The position numbers and the translations under genes are program-made. 64,000 nt of DNA from Coleofasciculus sp. B1-GNL1-01 (GTDB taxonomy: Bacteria; Cyanobacteriota; Cyanobacteriia; Cyanobacteriales; Coleofasciculaceae), in assembly GCA_040220235.1 (NCBI GenBank), contig JAVJTO010000044.1. One strand, given 5' to 3'. Numbering within the stretch: the stretch's first letter is position 1; every line of letters begins with the position of its first letter. This document shows, one piece after another, positions 1 to 10,611 of the stretch. The notes below the pieces were generated by a model that saw only the letters and a program-made list of their open reading frames with translations, had not been told where the DNA came from and did no database searches.

Positions 1-863
1 ATTATCCCGTGGGGGGAAGTGGCGCACTTGTGGAAGCCTTAGTACGGGGGTTGAAAAAACACGGGGGTCAACTGAGATTAAATGCACATATCGAGCAAGT
101 TTTGGTAGAAAATAATCGGGCGGTTGGGGTGCGATTACGCGGGGGAGAGGAAATCCGGGCGCGTCAGGGGGTGGTGTCCAATGCCTCGGTTTGGGATACG
201 CTGAAATTGATACCCGACGATGCGGTTCCCAAAGCGTTTCGCCAATCTCGACAAGCTACACCCACTTGTGAGAGTTTCATGCATCTGCATCTAGGAATTG
301 ACGCCCAAGGATTACGTTCAGATTTAGCCTGTCACCATATTGTGGTCAATGATTGGGATAAAGGGGTGAGTGCGCCGCAAAATGTGGTGTTGATCTCAAT
401 TCCTTCGATTCTTGACCCCTCCCTCGCGCCACCCGGAAAACATACGATTCATGTATATACACCGGGGAATGAACCTTACGAACTTTGGCAGGGACTTGAT
501 CGCCATAGTGAAGACTATTTACAGCAAAAGCAAGTGCGATCGCAAGTGATGTGGCAAGCCTTGGAAAGAATTATACCCGATGTGCGATCGCGGTGTGATT
601 TAACCTTAGTGGGTACACCGTTAACCCATGAACGGTTTTTGCGACGGTATCGGGGTTCTTATGGACCAGCGATTCCAGCCGGGGTGGGTTTCTTTCCGGG
701 AGTGGGTACACCTTTACCAGGATTATACTGCTGTGGCGATTCCACGTTTCCCGGAATTGGGTTACCCGCAGTGGCGGCGAGTGGGATGATTGCAGCGAAT
801 ACCCTTGCATCGGTACAGAAGCATTTAGATATGCTAAGAGAGATTGGCTGTATTAGAGGATAG
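1..863 (+). CDS. Phytoene desaturase / carotenoid isomerase-family FAD oxidoreductase, C-terminal part (start lies upstream of the window)
   Basis: Frame is open from the window edge (YPVGGSGALV); motifs GTPLTHERF, GSYGP and GLYCCGDSTFPGIGLPAVAASG are typical of the CrtI/CrtH-like C-terminus. Confidence 0.85.
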   Translation, partial: YPVGGSGALVEALVRGLKKHGGQLRLNAHIEQVLVENNRAVGVRLRGGEEIRARQGVVSNASVWDTLKLIPDDAVPKAFRQSRQATPTCESFMHLHLGIDAQGLRSDLACHHIVVNDWDKGVSAPQNVVLISIPSILDPSLAPPGKHTIHVYTPGNEPYELWQGLDRHSEDYLQQKQVRSQVMWQALERIIPDVRSRCDLTLVGTPLTHERFLRRYRGSYGPAIPAGVGFFPGVGTPLPGLYCCGDSTFPGIGLPAVAASGMIAANTLASVQKHLDMLREIGCIRG

Positions 864-901
864 TTGATGGTTCTCGTAATAAGTGAATCAGCGATCGCGG
901 A

Positions 902-2047
902 TTAGTGGGTTTCGATTTGGGCGATCGCCTCTTCTGGTGATGCATCTCCCTGAATCACAGACTTGATTCCCGGTAGATATTGATCCATCATCGCCACGTT
1001 GGTGTCAACCAAGCGCTTCATTTGAGGAAACGTGAGTGTTGACCCTTCAACGTCAATGCTGGTTTTGTAGGCAACTTCTCCTTCAGCAAAGTCCAACTCA
1101 AAATTGCCAATAACCATGCCATAATTGGCTCTAGCGATGAATTCTGCTAACCCTCGACGCTTGGCTTTGGGGACTGTAACTGGGCAAATTGAGTAAAAGA
1201 CGAATTGTTGTTCATTTTCTCTGGCTCTAGCGTAGCAAGTCCATTGACCATTTTTTCCCTGGAATCCCATTTGTAATACAGGTTGTCCTTTTATCTGGTA
1301 AAAAGACCAGTCGTCCTGTTTGAAGAAATTGACCATTTCCGCCAAAATTGGGATGCTGGATGGTTCTGGTTCGGTAATGGTGTTAGGTACTTGCTTTTCT
1401 ATGGCATCCAGACTGACATCAGCTAATTCATCGAAGAAATTGGTTATTCCTTCAAGCATCTGGGAAGTGGTTTTCTGCGTTACTTCAGATAGATTAGCCT
1501 CTGTCCAATCTTTGAAGAAGGTAGTAATTGCTTCTGCAATTTCTTCGCTTGAACCTGAAGTCGTGGCTTGAGCAAGGGCGGCTGGACTAATATAATCCCA
1601 GAGGGTGCGGTAGCCTGTTTCACCTGATTCCTGTTGCTGTTTGACGGATAGGGCTAACCAATTCTCAGTAGAGAGTAACGGGTGATTGGGTTGTTGTTGG
1701 CTGAGATTCAGGATATAGGTGGCAGCTTCGTCAATGGTTGTAGTGTGTCGTGCTAGGCGAGGCAGCAAGTCTGGCTTTAAAATGGTTTCGATTTGGATGT
1801 CGGGTTCGGGTAGGAATTCGACCGCCGAGAGGGGGTTACGCACTTCCGGCTTGAGATTGAATAGTGCTTCTGTGTCGATGCGCTGGTAGAGTTGGGGGTT
1901 GACGTGGAAGGTGAGACGACATTCAATGAGTTCGTTGTCTTGTATGGTTAGGGTTAGGGTTATTGCGTGGATAGGTAGGGGGGATGGAGTGCGATCGCGT
2001 AGGATTAACTCGCTATTTAGGTAACAAGTTTCAGTCTTAGTAGTCAT
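902..2047 (-). CDS. YbjN-domain (type III chaperone-like fold) protein
   Basis: C-terminal LAEFIARANYGMVIGNFELDFAEGEVAYKTSIDV motif; start placed at MTTKT just after the LRR stop. Confidence 0.75.
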   Translation of the reverse strand: MTTKTETCYLNSELILRDRTPSPLPIHAITLTLTIQDNELIECRLTFHVNPQLYQRIDTEALFNLKPEVRNPLSAVEFLPEPDIQIETILKPDLLPRLARHTTTIDEAATYILNLSQQQPNHPLLSTENWLALSVKQQQESGETGYRTLWDYISPAALAQATTSGSSEEIAEAITTFFKDWTEANLSEVTQKTTSQMLEGITNFFDELADVSLDAIEKQVPNTITEPEPSSIPILAEMVNFFKQDDWSFYQIKGQPVLQMGFQGKNGQWTCYARARENEQQFVFYSICPVTVPKAKRRGLAEFIARANYGMVIGNFELDFAEGEVAYKTSIDVEGSTLTFPQMKRLVDTNVAMMDQYLPGIKSVIQGDASPEEAIAQIETH

Positions 2048-2049
2048 GT

Positions 2050-2973
2050 TTAGTCGGGGCGACACCATATTTGATTGTCTAGGCTAAAACCCGCATTTAT
2101 CAAAGCAGCGTTACCTTCACGACCAAAGATATTACCTTGTAAATCCAACTCGACAAGTTTTGAGAGATGAGAGGATTGTGCAAGAGCTACCACACCCTCA
2201 TCCCCAATCTGGGCAAAAGCTAAATAAAGTCCTTCCAAACTGACAAGGTGGGTAGACTGAGCAAGTGCCGCAGCCCCCTCATCTCCAATTAAGTTTTTGG
2301 ACAGATCCAACATAGTCAATTTTGAGAGGTTTGGAGATTGGGCTAATGCGGTTACACCTGTCTTTGTAATTGCGTTATCAAATAACTCCAAGTGGGTAAG
2401 AGTGGTTAAGTAAGGTGATTGCGCCAGTGCAATTGTGCCTTCATCACCCACCTTATTGTTATACAAATTGAGTTTGGCAAGCTTGGAGAAGTTAGTTGAT
2501 TGAGCTAGTGCCTGCATTCCGTTGAAACCAATCTGATTATCAGGCAGTTCCAATTTTTTCAGGTTAGTCAGGTAAGGGGAATGTGCTAGTGCGATCGCAC
2601 CAACATCAGTAATTTGGTTATCTTCCAGAGAGAGTATGGTCAGATTTCTAAGGTAAGGCAATTGGGCAAGCTCTGATACGCCCTCATCACCAATTTTACG
2701 GGCGAACAGACTCAACTCTCGCACAATCTGCAAACGGGGATTAGGCGGCTGAAGAATGTTTTTTCGCCAAGACCAAGGTGCTTTGCGGTAAAAATCAAAC
2801 CAGTTTGTCAACCGTTGCTCTGCATAATCAAGTGCTTCAGCTAATCCCTCATTTTCAGACCAAGTATCCAGCAACTCACATAACTCATTCCAGGTTTTGT
2901 CACTGGGTTCCTGATTTAAAATCCTCTGAAGTTGGGCTAGTCGTTCATCGGTTTTTTGGAACTCATTTGACAT
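2050..2973 (-). CDS. Leucine-rich repeat protein (ribonuclease-inhibitor-like, 28-aa repeats)
   Basis: About 8 repeats of LxxLxLxxNxIGDEGxxALAQS. Confidence 0.9.
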   Translation of the reverse strand: MSNEFQKTDERLAQLQRILNQEPSDKTWNELCELLDTWSENEGLAEALDYAEQRLTNWFDFYRKAPWSWRKNILQPPNPRLQIVRELSLFARKIGDEGVSELAQLPYLRNLTILSLEDNQITDVGAIALAHSPYLTNLKKLELPDNQIGFNGMQALAQSTNFSKLAKLNLYNNKVGDEGTIALAQSPYLTTLTHLELFDNAITKTGVTALAQSPNLSKLTMLDLSKNLIGDEGAAALAQSTHLVSLEGLYLAFAQIGDEGVVALAQSSHLSKLVELDLQGNIFGREGNAALINAGFSLDNQIWCRPD

Positions 2974-3023
2974 AATTTCATCTCCTTGGAAGACATAGAA
3001 GTAGGAACAGGAATCAATTCTGC

Positions 3024-3539
3024 CTACTCAGCCTCATATTCCTTCAGATGCTCTGGATCTGTCGGTGCCTGAAATTTGCGAACTTCAACAAGTTCACCCA
3101 ACTTATCCAATTTGAGACCACCTCGCCAATTCCAACTGATACCGTTACCTGGATCGCTGGAGACATTATACTGGGATACGATTTTCAACCCATTTTCTGT
3201 GTTGGCAAGATAAAAACAAGTAGAATAGGTACTCCGTCCGCGAAGTGTGGAGCTGACATAGCAACGGTAGAGATTCCCGTGGGTGGGATGTTGGTATTTC
3301 TTTACCTGAAAGAATATTCTTGGTTGCGTTTGCTCTAGCTGTTCTTTTCCCTCTTCAAAATAGGACTCATCAACTTGTCGAGGTCGGTATATGTCCGACT
3401 TTAAATCCCCCTCATACAACGTATTAAGTTCTGAGCGCTTGGGTCTGAACACATTATTGTCAGGCTCACTCCAACAGGCAACCCATGTCTCATATTCTTT
3501 ATCAATAAAATTACGTATAAATGTGATTGCTTCTTCCAT
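3024..3539 (-). CDS. Hypothetical protein, candidate immunity protein of the upstream toxin
   Basis: 171-aa ORF starting 11 bp after the toxin stop, same strand; function inferred from position only. Confidence 0.55.
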   Translation of the reverse strand: MEEAITFIRNFIDKEYETWVACWSEPDNNVFRPKRSELNTLYEGDLKSDIYRPRQVDESYFEEGKEQLEQTQPRIFFQVKKYQHPTHGNLYRCYVSSTLRGRSTYSTCFYLANTENGLKIVSQYNVSSDPGNGISWNWRGGLKLDKLGELVEVRKFQAPTDPEHLKEYEAE

Positions 3540-3550
3540 AATTCAATTTC

Positions 3551-6500
3551 CTATGAATGATTTAGTCCGAGCCAAACATCTGCTCCTATGTTTCTACGGA
3601 AGGTTACAGGCTTGTTAGTGACTCCATTTACCACAGTAACTTTATATCTCACATTCATACAACGTTTAAAGTTAGGCTGAACACGATTTACAAAAGCTTG
3701 CACTTCATCCCTGACTTCATCCTTATCCTTTTTGGGTAGTTCCTCAAGAATTTCCTCTATAACCTCCGGAGAGCTTAGTTTACCCCAAGTTACATTTACC
3801 TCCATATCAAACTCAACAGCGTTGTTTTCTTGGACAAACTCTTTAATGGCATCCTCTGCTCCTTTCATAACCACCTGGTTATAGTGGGCACTCGTGGTGA
3901 TCAGGTTTGCACTATCCTTGTATCCTGAACCCAAAAACTGATCAGCAATCAAGTGACTGGCATTAAGATTCTCATTTCTTTCGTATCCAGGTGATCTCGC
4001 AGTATAACCCCGCCCTGTTACTCCAGCATCAGCCTTTAGTTTGAGACTTGTACCCTGAACAGACTTGACCATTTTGTTTGGAGCAAGCTCTACCCGGAAA
4101 TGAGCGCCACCATGGGTATCATACTCGATCGCTGTTGAGCCATCATCACCTACGTCATACCTAGTTAAGTTTTTCGGCTCATACAGATTGTGGGTAGATT
4201 CTTTGCCACTGAGTAGATTACCCAAGAACTCATCTATGAGAATATCTTCAGCTTGGTTCCGTTTGCCCGCGTCAAAGATGTGTTCTTGGAGACGAGTCTT
4301 CGATTGTGGAAAACTCCCTTGGCGATTGTGCAAAGAACCTTTATGATCGCTCACATACCCACCGGGATTGTTTTTTGCTTTCTCCGGCACTGGCTTACCC
4401 TGGCTTTCCACGTCTTCAACCGCTAGTTCGAGAGCTGGAACCGCCATATTGTTATGCCCATAGGTACCGTAATCATGGTCTAAATTCAGCGGACTCTGTA
4501 GCATCTTGCCTGCCTTATTAGAAGTTCCCGATGTCATAAGAGTGTTCTTAACGGCATTCCAGTCTGCATAATCTCCACCAGCTTCTTGCAGTTGTTCTAG
4601 TCCAGTCTGCAAGCCTGCCTTAGCTTGTGGAGCAGCGGCTTGTAGCTGGCTGGAGAAACGTTCGACTAGATTAACACCATCGAGAGTATCACCGAACAAA
4701 TCACATAGCTGCTTGAGTACATCTGCTAGAGTCTCTTGCGCCGCCTCCGTCTGATTATCTGCCTGTTCCGCCTCATTAATAGCCTTCTCATCTGTTGAGT
4801 TTTGCTTCGCCTCCTCCATTTCTTTAGCCGTCTTTTGGGCTTTTTGCTCCGTTGTACCCAGATGCTGACGAGCCTTACCCAGCAATGACTGAGCCTGTGG
4901 GCGCTTCTCTTCTGGCACAGAATCGAGCTTTCCTTGCCACTCATTCAGCTTCGCCTCAACAGGAGTGGGGGTACTGGCAACCATTACAGTAGTTGAGGTT
5001 CCCTGAGTTTTTATCCACAGACGATGACTTTCATCTCCACCACTGAAGTTAACGGTTTTACCAACTTCACTATCCTCAAGCTGCTCACCCTCGTTTTCAC
5101 CTTGCTGCTCACCCTCTTTCTTACCTTTGTTTTTACCCTTACCAAATCCAAGTTTCTTACCAATCTTCTTGGCAAACTTCACCGCTTGAGCAATTAGCCA
5201 ATCAATTGCCTTATCAATCGGCTCTTTCACCTTCTGAATAATTTCCTGAATCTTCTTACTAATACCACCTAAGCCCAACAGACTCGCCATGAAGCTAATC
5301 ACCACAGGTAGCGCCTTAGACAAAGCATTCTCAATCAACTTCGCGGCTCCACCCAGCGCCCCATTCGCAATTGCTTTTACCGACTCCATCACCGCGTTCA
5401 CCAACTCCACAATCTGGCTACCGCGCTCAATGAAGAACATGATGATGTCGTAAATCATCTTACAGGCTTTGGCAAATGCTGAAGCTGGGTTCAACAGGCT
5501 AATTACCCACAGCACACCCTGCTTAATCACACTCTCAATCACAAAATTCTGGATGGTATCAACTACCATCACTTTCAGGTCACCAATCTTATCCTGAATG
5601 AACTGCCACAGACCCGCTAATCCCTCATTCTTCAAGATAACGAAGACTTCAAAGGTCTTTTCTAACCCATTGAACATCTTCTCTCCGTTCTTACCCAGAG
5701 CCTTGATTGTCCGTGACTTAATTGAGTCATACGCTAACCCTAGCACCTGCATCACTAAGGTGAAGATGCCTTTGAGGTCAAAGCTTTCTGGCATTTGAAT
5801 GCCTGCCTTTGCCATCGTACCCGTCAGCCAACCCAACAACCCTTTCTTCAGATGCTCCCAGATATTACCGACAAAGTTTTGGAATCCTTGCTTAATTCCG
5901 GAAACCAAATTCCCTAAGAACTTAATCGGGTCGAGAATAATTTTCTCCACGGCACCAGCGGCTTTTGCCAAGACGCCCATCAGCATATCTTTCAGTTGCA
6001 TGATGGTTTGAACGGTTCCCACAATGGCGTCTTTCGCTTTATCTTTCAGACCCTTATTTGCTTCTTTCCGTTTCTCAATGTCGGCATCAAGCTCTTGCAG
6101 GTTCTCACTGTATTTTTGTGCCAGGGAGTCAATTAACTCATCTTGCTTACTATTAACACTCTCTTCTAATTGCTCAAACTTTCCTTGAATGTTCTGTGCC
6201 GCGTCCTGTCCGACTTTCCGGAGATTTTCCGGCAAACCCGCAACGTGTTCCTGAATTTTCTGCTTGCCTTCAGCAATTTTCTGTTTAGCTTCATTCAGTT
6301 TTTGGGCAACAAAATTAGCAATATCGGTCAGGGTTCCATCCATTGAATCGAGATACTTTTGCCGCCCATCGACAAAGAATTGATTGACCTCCGGTGGCAA
6401 CCCATGCCAACTATCACTAATTCGCTCATCCCATCCAGTTACGTCATACCATTCACCATAGCGCTCATCCTCCCACGCCTCCATTTTCTGGTCAACGTAA

Positions 6501-8257
6501 TTCTCAAATATCTGCTTGGCAGTTGCAGCACCCGCATCAAACTTCTTGGTTACTTCGTCATCTATGTTACTAAGAACGTCTTCAACCTTTTTCTTCGTAT
6601 CTTGGTAGATACCATTAATATGGTTGGCAATTTTAGTCCGTTCCTGGGTATCCTTGCCCTGAGTTTCACTCTGAGCGCCCATCACCTGATTCAACAGTTG
6701 TGAACGCTCACCATGCATTCCCTGGAGCTGAGTTTGGCTCGTCGTTTGTGCCTCAGCTTCAGCCTTATTGATAGTGGCTTTTTCATCCCGACTATAGGTT
6801 TGTGGGGCTTCTTTAGCGTGGGTTTGTGCTTCTTTCTTCGCACTTAGCGCGTCCACAAACTGTGGTTCATTTGATTTTTCCAGTGTCTCTTCCGGGACTT
6901 TCGCCTTGGCTAACTCGTCATCTAGTTCTTGACTATTTGCCTCAAACGGTGCGGATACTTCAGAATCAGGTTTTGGCTTAGGTGCAGCTTTCTCGGCATT
7001 AATATCAGTTGGCGCTGCTCCCGCCTCTGGCGGCTGCATTGGCGTGACGGGTTTCGGTTCAACACCACTGGTATCCGGGGCGGCTTTGGTTTTCTCCTCA
7101 ATCGGACCGGCTGCTTTTTTCTCCTCGTCAGTTACCTGAGAGGAGACATCCTGCTTCACCGCATCAAGCTGATTACTCTCCTTGAATTTTTTAGCGTCTT
7201 CTTCGTTATCAGGAATAATTGCGCCAATTTTTTCCATCAGCTTTGCCTTGAAAGCCTTCGCATTAAAGGTTCCAGGCTGCTGCTGGTTCATTTCCCCAAC
7301 TTGTTTGTCTTGCGCCTTACTCTCTACTTCGTTACCCGGAGGTTCAGCGGCGTCTTGGGCTTCTTTGGATTCAGCTTCGGCGGGGTCATGCTGTTTTTCT
7401 TTCTCAGCCACTCCCTTTGCCTTATCGACCACACCCTGGAATTCTGGGTCTTCTTCTGGGGAACTGGGAGATGTTGCTCCCCCGCCGCCTGGGGTAGCTG
7501 ATGCCCCACCTGATGCTGCACTTTCTGCTGCCGTTTGTTGAGTATCACCTTCTGTTGTTGCTACATTGCCACCCGCTTCTGCCATCTCTGGTGCGGCTGC
7601 TGCACTCCCAGCTTCATTAGCTACCTGGGGAGTGGCTGGAGCGGCGTTACCACCGGATGCTGGCGCGGGTGCGGGTTGTGCTGGTTGGGGTTTATTCTCT
7701 TTTACTGTTTGTTCTTGGGGATTTTCTCGGCGTTGGATTTTCAGTTGTGTCGGAAAACCCGATACCAGGCGTTCTTTTGTCTGTAACTTATTTCCCTTTG
7801 TCCCAACTTGGCTATCGGTTTTCGCCTGAACTTGACTGCCATTTTGCTGAACAACATGAGTTAATTCATGCGCCAATAATTCCTGTCCTGGCTGATTATC
7901 CGGTTGATATTCTCCCTGTTTAAAGAAGATATCTGTACCTGTGGTAAATGCCTTGGCTTGAATTGACTCATTCAGTTTGTTGGACTTACTGTCAGTGTGA
8001 ACCTGAACTTGACTAAAATCCGCCCCAAACGCCTGCTCCATTGGCTGGCGTATTTTATTAGAGATTGGCTGTCCGCTACCTCGTTTTTGTTCAATCTCCT
8101 GTTCTATATTTGGTGCAGCCTCGGCTTCACTGTCGGCTATTTCCTGACGCTGGATAGTACCATCTGATCCGGAACCATCGGAGGCTGCTGCTAGAGAAAT
8201 CTCGTCACGCTCTTGAGTTTCTTCTTGCTCTTGAGTCAGAGGCAGAAGTCCCCCTGT
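3551..8257 (-). CDS. DUF4157 (eCIS-associated) polymorphic toxin with C-terminal DNA/RNA non-specific endonuclease; apparently 5'-truncated
   Basis: GQELLAHELTHVVQQ DUF4157 motif; C-terminal NASHLIADQFLGSG...NLITTSAHYNQ His-Me-finger-like motif. The frame stays open about 72 codons upstream of the ATG at 8041 (...EIEQKRGSGQPISNKIRQPMEQAF) to a stop at 8258-8260, with no ATG in that stretch. Confidence 0.8.
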   Translation of the reverse strand, partial: TGGLLPLTQEQEETQERDEISLAAASDGSGSDGTIQRQEIADSEAEAAPNIEQEIEQKRGSGQPISNKIRQPMEQAFGADFSQVQVHTDSKSNKLNESIQAKAFTTGTDIFFKQGEYQPDNQPGQELLAHELTHVVQQNGSQVQAKTDSQVGTKGNKLQTKERLVSGFPTQLKIQRRENPQEQTVKENKPQPAQPAPAPASGGNAAPATPQVANEAGSAAAAPEMAEAGGNVATTEGDTQQTAAESAASGGASATPGGGGATSPSSPEEDPEFQGVVDKAKGVAEKEKQHDPAEAESKEAQDAAEPPGNEVESKAQDKQVGEMNQQQPGTFNAKAFKAKLMEKIGAIIPDNEEDAKKFKESNQLDAVKQDVSSQVTDEEKKAAGPIEEKTKAAPDTSGVEPKPVTPMQPPEAGAAPTDINAEKAAPKPKPDSEVSAPFEANSQELDDELAKAKVPEETLEKSNEPQFVDALSAKKEAQTHAKEAPQTYSRDEKATINKAEAEAQTTSQTQLQGMHGERSQLLNQVMGAQSETQGKDTQERTKIANHINGIYQDTKKKVEDVLSNIDDEVTKKFDAGAATAKQIFENYVDQKMEAWEDERYGEWYDVTGWDERISDSWHGLPPEVNQFFVDGRQKYLDSMDGTLTDIANFVAQKLNEAKQKIAEGKQKIQEHVAGLPENLRKVGQDAAQNIQGKFEQLEESVNSKQDELIDSLAQKYSENLQELDADIEKRKEANKGLKDKAKDAIVGTVQTIMQLKDMLMGVLAKAAGAVEKIILDPIKFLGNLVSGIKQGFQNFVGNIWEHLKKGLLGWLTGTMAKAGIQMPESFDLKGIFTLVMQVLGLAYDSIKSRTIKALGKNGEKMFNGLEKTFEVFVILKNEGLAGLWQFIQDKIGDLKVMVVDTIQNFVIESVIKQGVLWVISLLNPASAFAKACKMIYDIIMFFIERGSQIVELVNAVMESVKAIANGALGGAAKLIENALSKALPVVISFMASLLGLGGISKKIQEIIQKVKEPIDKAIDWLIAQAVKFAKKIGKKLGFGKGKNKGKKEGEQQGENEGEQLEDSEVGKTVNFSGGDESHRLWIKTQGTSTTVMVASTPTPVEAKLNEWQGKLDSVPEEKRPQAQSLLGKARQHLGTTEQKAQKTAKEMEEAKQNSTDEKAINEAEQADNQTEAAQETLADVLKQLCDLFGDTLDGVNLVERFSSQLQAAAPQAKAGLQTGLEQLQEAGGDYADWNAVKNTLMTSGTSNKAGKMLQSPLNLDHDYGTYGHNNMAVPALELAVEDVESQGKPVPEKAKNNPGGYVSDHKGSLHNRQGSFPQSKTRLQEHIFDAGKRNQAEDILIDEFLGNLLSGKESTHNLYEPKNLTRYDVGDDGSTAIEYDTHGGAHFRVELAPNKMVKSVQGTSLKLKADAGVTGRGYTARSPGYERNENLNASHLIADQFLGSGYKDSANLITTSAHYNQVVMKGAEDAIKEFVQENNAVEFDMEVNVTWGKLSSPEVIEEILEELPKKDKDEVRDEVQAFVNRVQPNFKRCMNVRYKVTVVNGVTNKPVTFRRNIGADVWLGLNHS

Positions 8258-8457
8258 TTAACCCCAGACAAGATAATTGGAGCAATCATTTTATTTGGTC
8301 AGCGGATGGACTATTCATCATCGGTTTAACCCCAGTTGGACGGACTACGGTTACAGCATTAGCCTTAAATCGAGAAAGAGTCATTAATATTCGTGCGGCG
8401 GATAAAGCTGTAGGGCGACATCCACCACCAGGCGATCCAATTCAGTCAGAAAATTGA
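8245..8457 (+). pseudogene. C-terminal fragment of a cyanobacterial HNH endonuclease gene
   Basis: Manual translation EVPLFNPRQDNWSNHFIWSADGLFIIGLTPVGRTTVTALALNRERVINIRAADKAVGRHPP; no start and no N-terminal Cys/His core. Confidence 0.7.
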
Positions 8458-8629
8458 TAGCACTTGCCATCTGAAGCGATCGCGTATTCTAGATTTGCCG
8501 CGTTCGGTTACCGCATAACGAGAATCAGGTTGTTCGCTGCGATCGCGTGAGGCTCCGGTTATCTGTTCGGTCGAATGTTAAGATAGATGTCCGACATCCT
8601 ACAAGATTAGCATCGAGCAGTTCCCTATT

Positions 8630-10180
8630 ATGTCCCCTGAGCAGTCCCCACCCGATCGCCAAAATACTCTGGAAGAAATTCGTGCTACCCGTTTGGAGAA
8701 AGTCCAACAGCTTAAAGCGTTGGGAATTGAGCCGTATGCGTATCACTGGGAGTCTACTCACCAGGCGGCTGAACTGCAAGAGAAGTTCGCGGATCTGGGG
8801 AATGGTGAAGAGGTTGATTTTGAAGTTGCGATCGCAGGTCGTATTTTAGCCCGTCGCGTCTTTGGCAAGTTAGCCTTCTTCAATCTCCAAGACGAAACGG
8901 GAACGATTCAACTGTATCTGGACAAAAAGCGGATTACCGCAACCATGACAGATCTGCCGAATCCGTTCACCCCTCTCAAGCAACTCACGGATATTGGCGA
9001 CATTTTAGGCGTCAAGGGGACAATTAAGCGCACCGATAAAGGGGAACTCTCGGTCTATGTCAGTGAATATGCTATTCTGACCAAATCCCTATTACCTTTA
9101 CCCGATAAGTGGCATGGTCTCACCGATACCGAAAAGCGCTATCGCCAGCGTTATGTTGACTTAATGGTGAATCCCACCGTTCGGGAAACCTTCCGCCGCC
9201 GTGCTAAAATTACTGCCGCCATTCGCCGTTATTTAGAGGATCGTGGCTTTATTGAAATTGAAACCCCTGTCTTTAGTACAGAAGCAGGCGGTGCTGAGGC
9301 GCGTCCTTTTATCACCTATCACAATACCCTAGAGATGGAGTTGTACCTGCGAATTGCCACAGAACTCCACCTGAAACGGTTAATTGTCGGCGGATTTGAA
9401 AAGGTATTTGAGTTGGGGCGAATTTTCCGAAATGAGGGAATTTCCACGCGCCACAATCCCGAATTTACCTCAATTGAGGTGTACCAGGCTTACGCCGACT
9501 ACAACGATATGATGACGTTGACGGAAAATTTAATAACTACCGTCACTCAAGAGAGTTTGACAACTCTGGAAATTACTTATCAAGGTGAAACAATTGATTT
9601 CACACCGCCCTGGCGTCGTATCACCATGCATGAGTTGGTGCAAAAGGTGACAGGGTTAGATTTTAATCAGTTCAAGACATTCGATGACGCCAAAGTTGCG
9701 GCTAAAAAAGTGGGGATTGAAGGGGTAGACGACTGTCCATCCCTAGGGAAACTCCTCAACGAATGCTTCGAGCAAAAATGTGAAGAAACCCTGATTCAGC
9801 CGACATTTATTGTTGATTTCCCGATTGAAATTTCTCCCTTGGCGAAACCCCATCGTTCTAAGCCAGGATTAGTGGAACGCTTTGAGTTATTTATTGCTGG
9901 GCGAGAAACGGCGAATAGCTTTTCTGAATTAACTGATCCGATTGATCAGCGGGAACGTTTAGAAGCGCAAGCAGCCCGGAAAGCGGCTGGAGACTTGGAA
10001 GCCCAAGGGGTTGATGAAGACTTTCTGGCGGCGTTAGAGTATGGAATGCCACCAACTGGAGGGTTAGGAATTGGCATTGACCGCTTGGTGATGTTATTAA
10101 CGGATTCGGCAAGTATTCGGGATGTGATTGCGTTTCCCTTGCTCAAGAGTAGCAGCCGCGATGGTTCTCCTGCACCCTGA
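8630..10180 (+). CDS. lysS: Lysine--tRNA ligase (class II)
   Basis: [51 protein letters not shown]. Confidence 0.98.
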   Translation: MSPEQSPPDRQNTLEEIRATRLEKVQQLKALGIEPYAYHWESTHQAAELQEKFADLGNGEEVDFEVAIAGRILARRVFGKLAFFNLQDETGTIQLYLDKKRITATMTDLPNPFTPLKQLTDIGDILGVKGTIKRTDKGELSVYVSEYAILTKSLLPLPDKWHGLTDTEKRYRQRYVDLMVNPTVRETFRRRAKITAAIRRYLEDRGFIEIETPVFSTEAGGAEARPFITYHNTLEMELYLRIATELHLKRLIVGGFEKVFELGRIFRNEGISTRHNPEFTSIEVYQAYADYNDMMTLTENLITTVTQESLTTLEITYQGETIDFTPPWRRITMHELVQKVTGLDFNQFKTFDDAKVAAKKVGIEGVDDCPSLGKLLNECFEQKCEETLIQPTFIVDFPIEISPLAKPHRSKPGLVERFELFIAGRETANSFSELTDPIDQRERLEAQAARKAAGDLEAQGVDEDFLAALEYGMPPTGGLGIGIDRLVMLLTDSASIRDVIAFPLLKSSSRDGSPAP

Positions 10181-10209
10181 GTGAGTGATAAAAACGGAGG
10201 AATAACTGT

Positions 10210-10581
10210 GTGAAGAGATGGCTTGTCTTCAAAACTGAATCCGCCTCATCGCAGGGGTGGAAGGAGCGCAAGTTGCAACCTGCTGGACACTTAACCCGAA
10301 TGCTGGCTGAGTATTTGGATTGTTCTGATAAGATGTTGCCAGAATCAGGCGATCGCCCGCGTGAGTTTGCTCGTTTTGAAGAGTCGGTTGATCCAAACTT
10401 CCCGGATGCTAGCACTCATGTTCGTTGGTCTGACTGGGAAGTGAGTCGGGTTGAGCGATTCAAGTCGGTTGATTCGGCTGAGTATGACGAGATTGTTGTG
10501 TGCTATTGCCGTTATTCACCCATTGAGCCGGAGTGGAAGGAGTTACCTAAGATTGGCGTTTTGCAAGAGGGTAAACTTTAA
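10210..10581 (+). CDS. Hypothetical protein, paralog of 44374-44760
   Basis: Shares WxVxKTE..GW..RxL.PAG, GDR.RE, DW.V and IVVCYCxYxPI motifs with the ORF at 44374. Confidence 0.7.
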   Translation: MKRWLVFKTESASSQGWKERKLQPAGHLTRMLAEYLDCSDKMLPESGDRPREFARFEESVDPNFPDASTHVRWSDWEVSRVERFKSVDSAEYDEIVVCYCRYSPIEPEWKELPKIGVLQEGKL

Positions 10582-10611
10582 CTTTTTGCTATTTGACTGC
10601 TTATTGGTGAG

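Noticed and set aside
6929..7923. Several + strand ORFs opposite the toxin gene
   Set aside because: Antisense shadows of a low-complexity coding region with no recognisable motifs.
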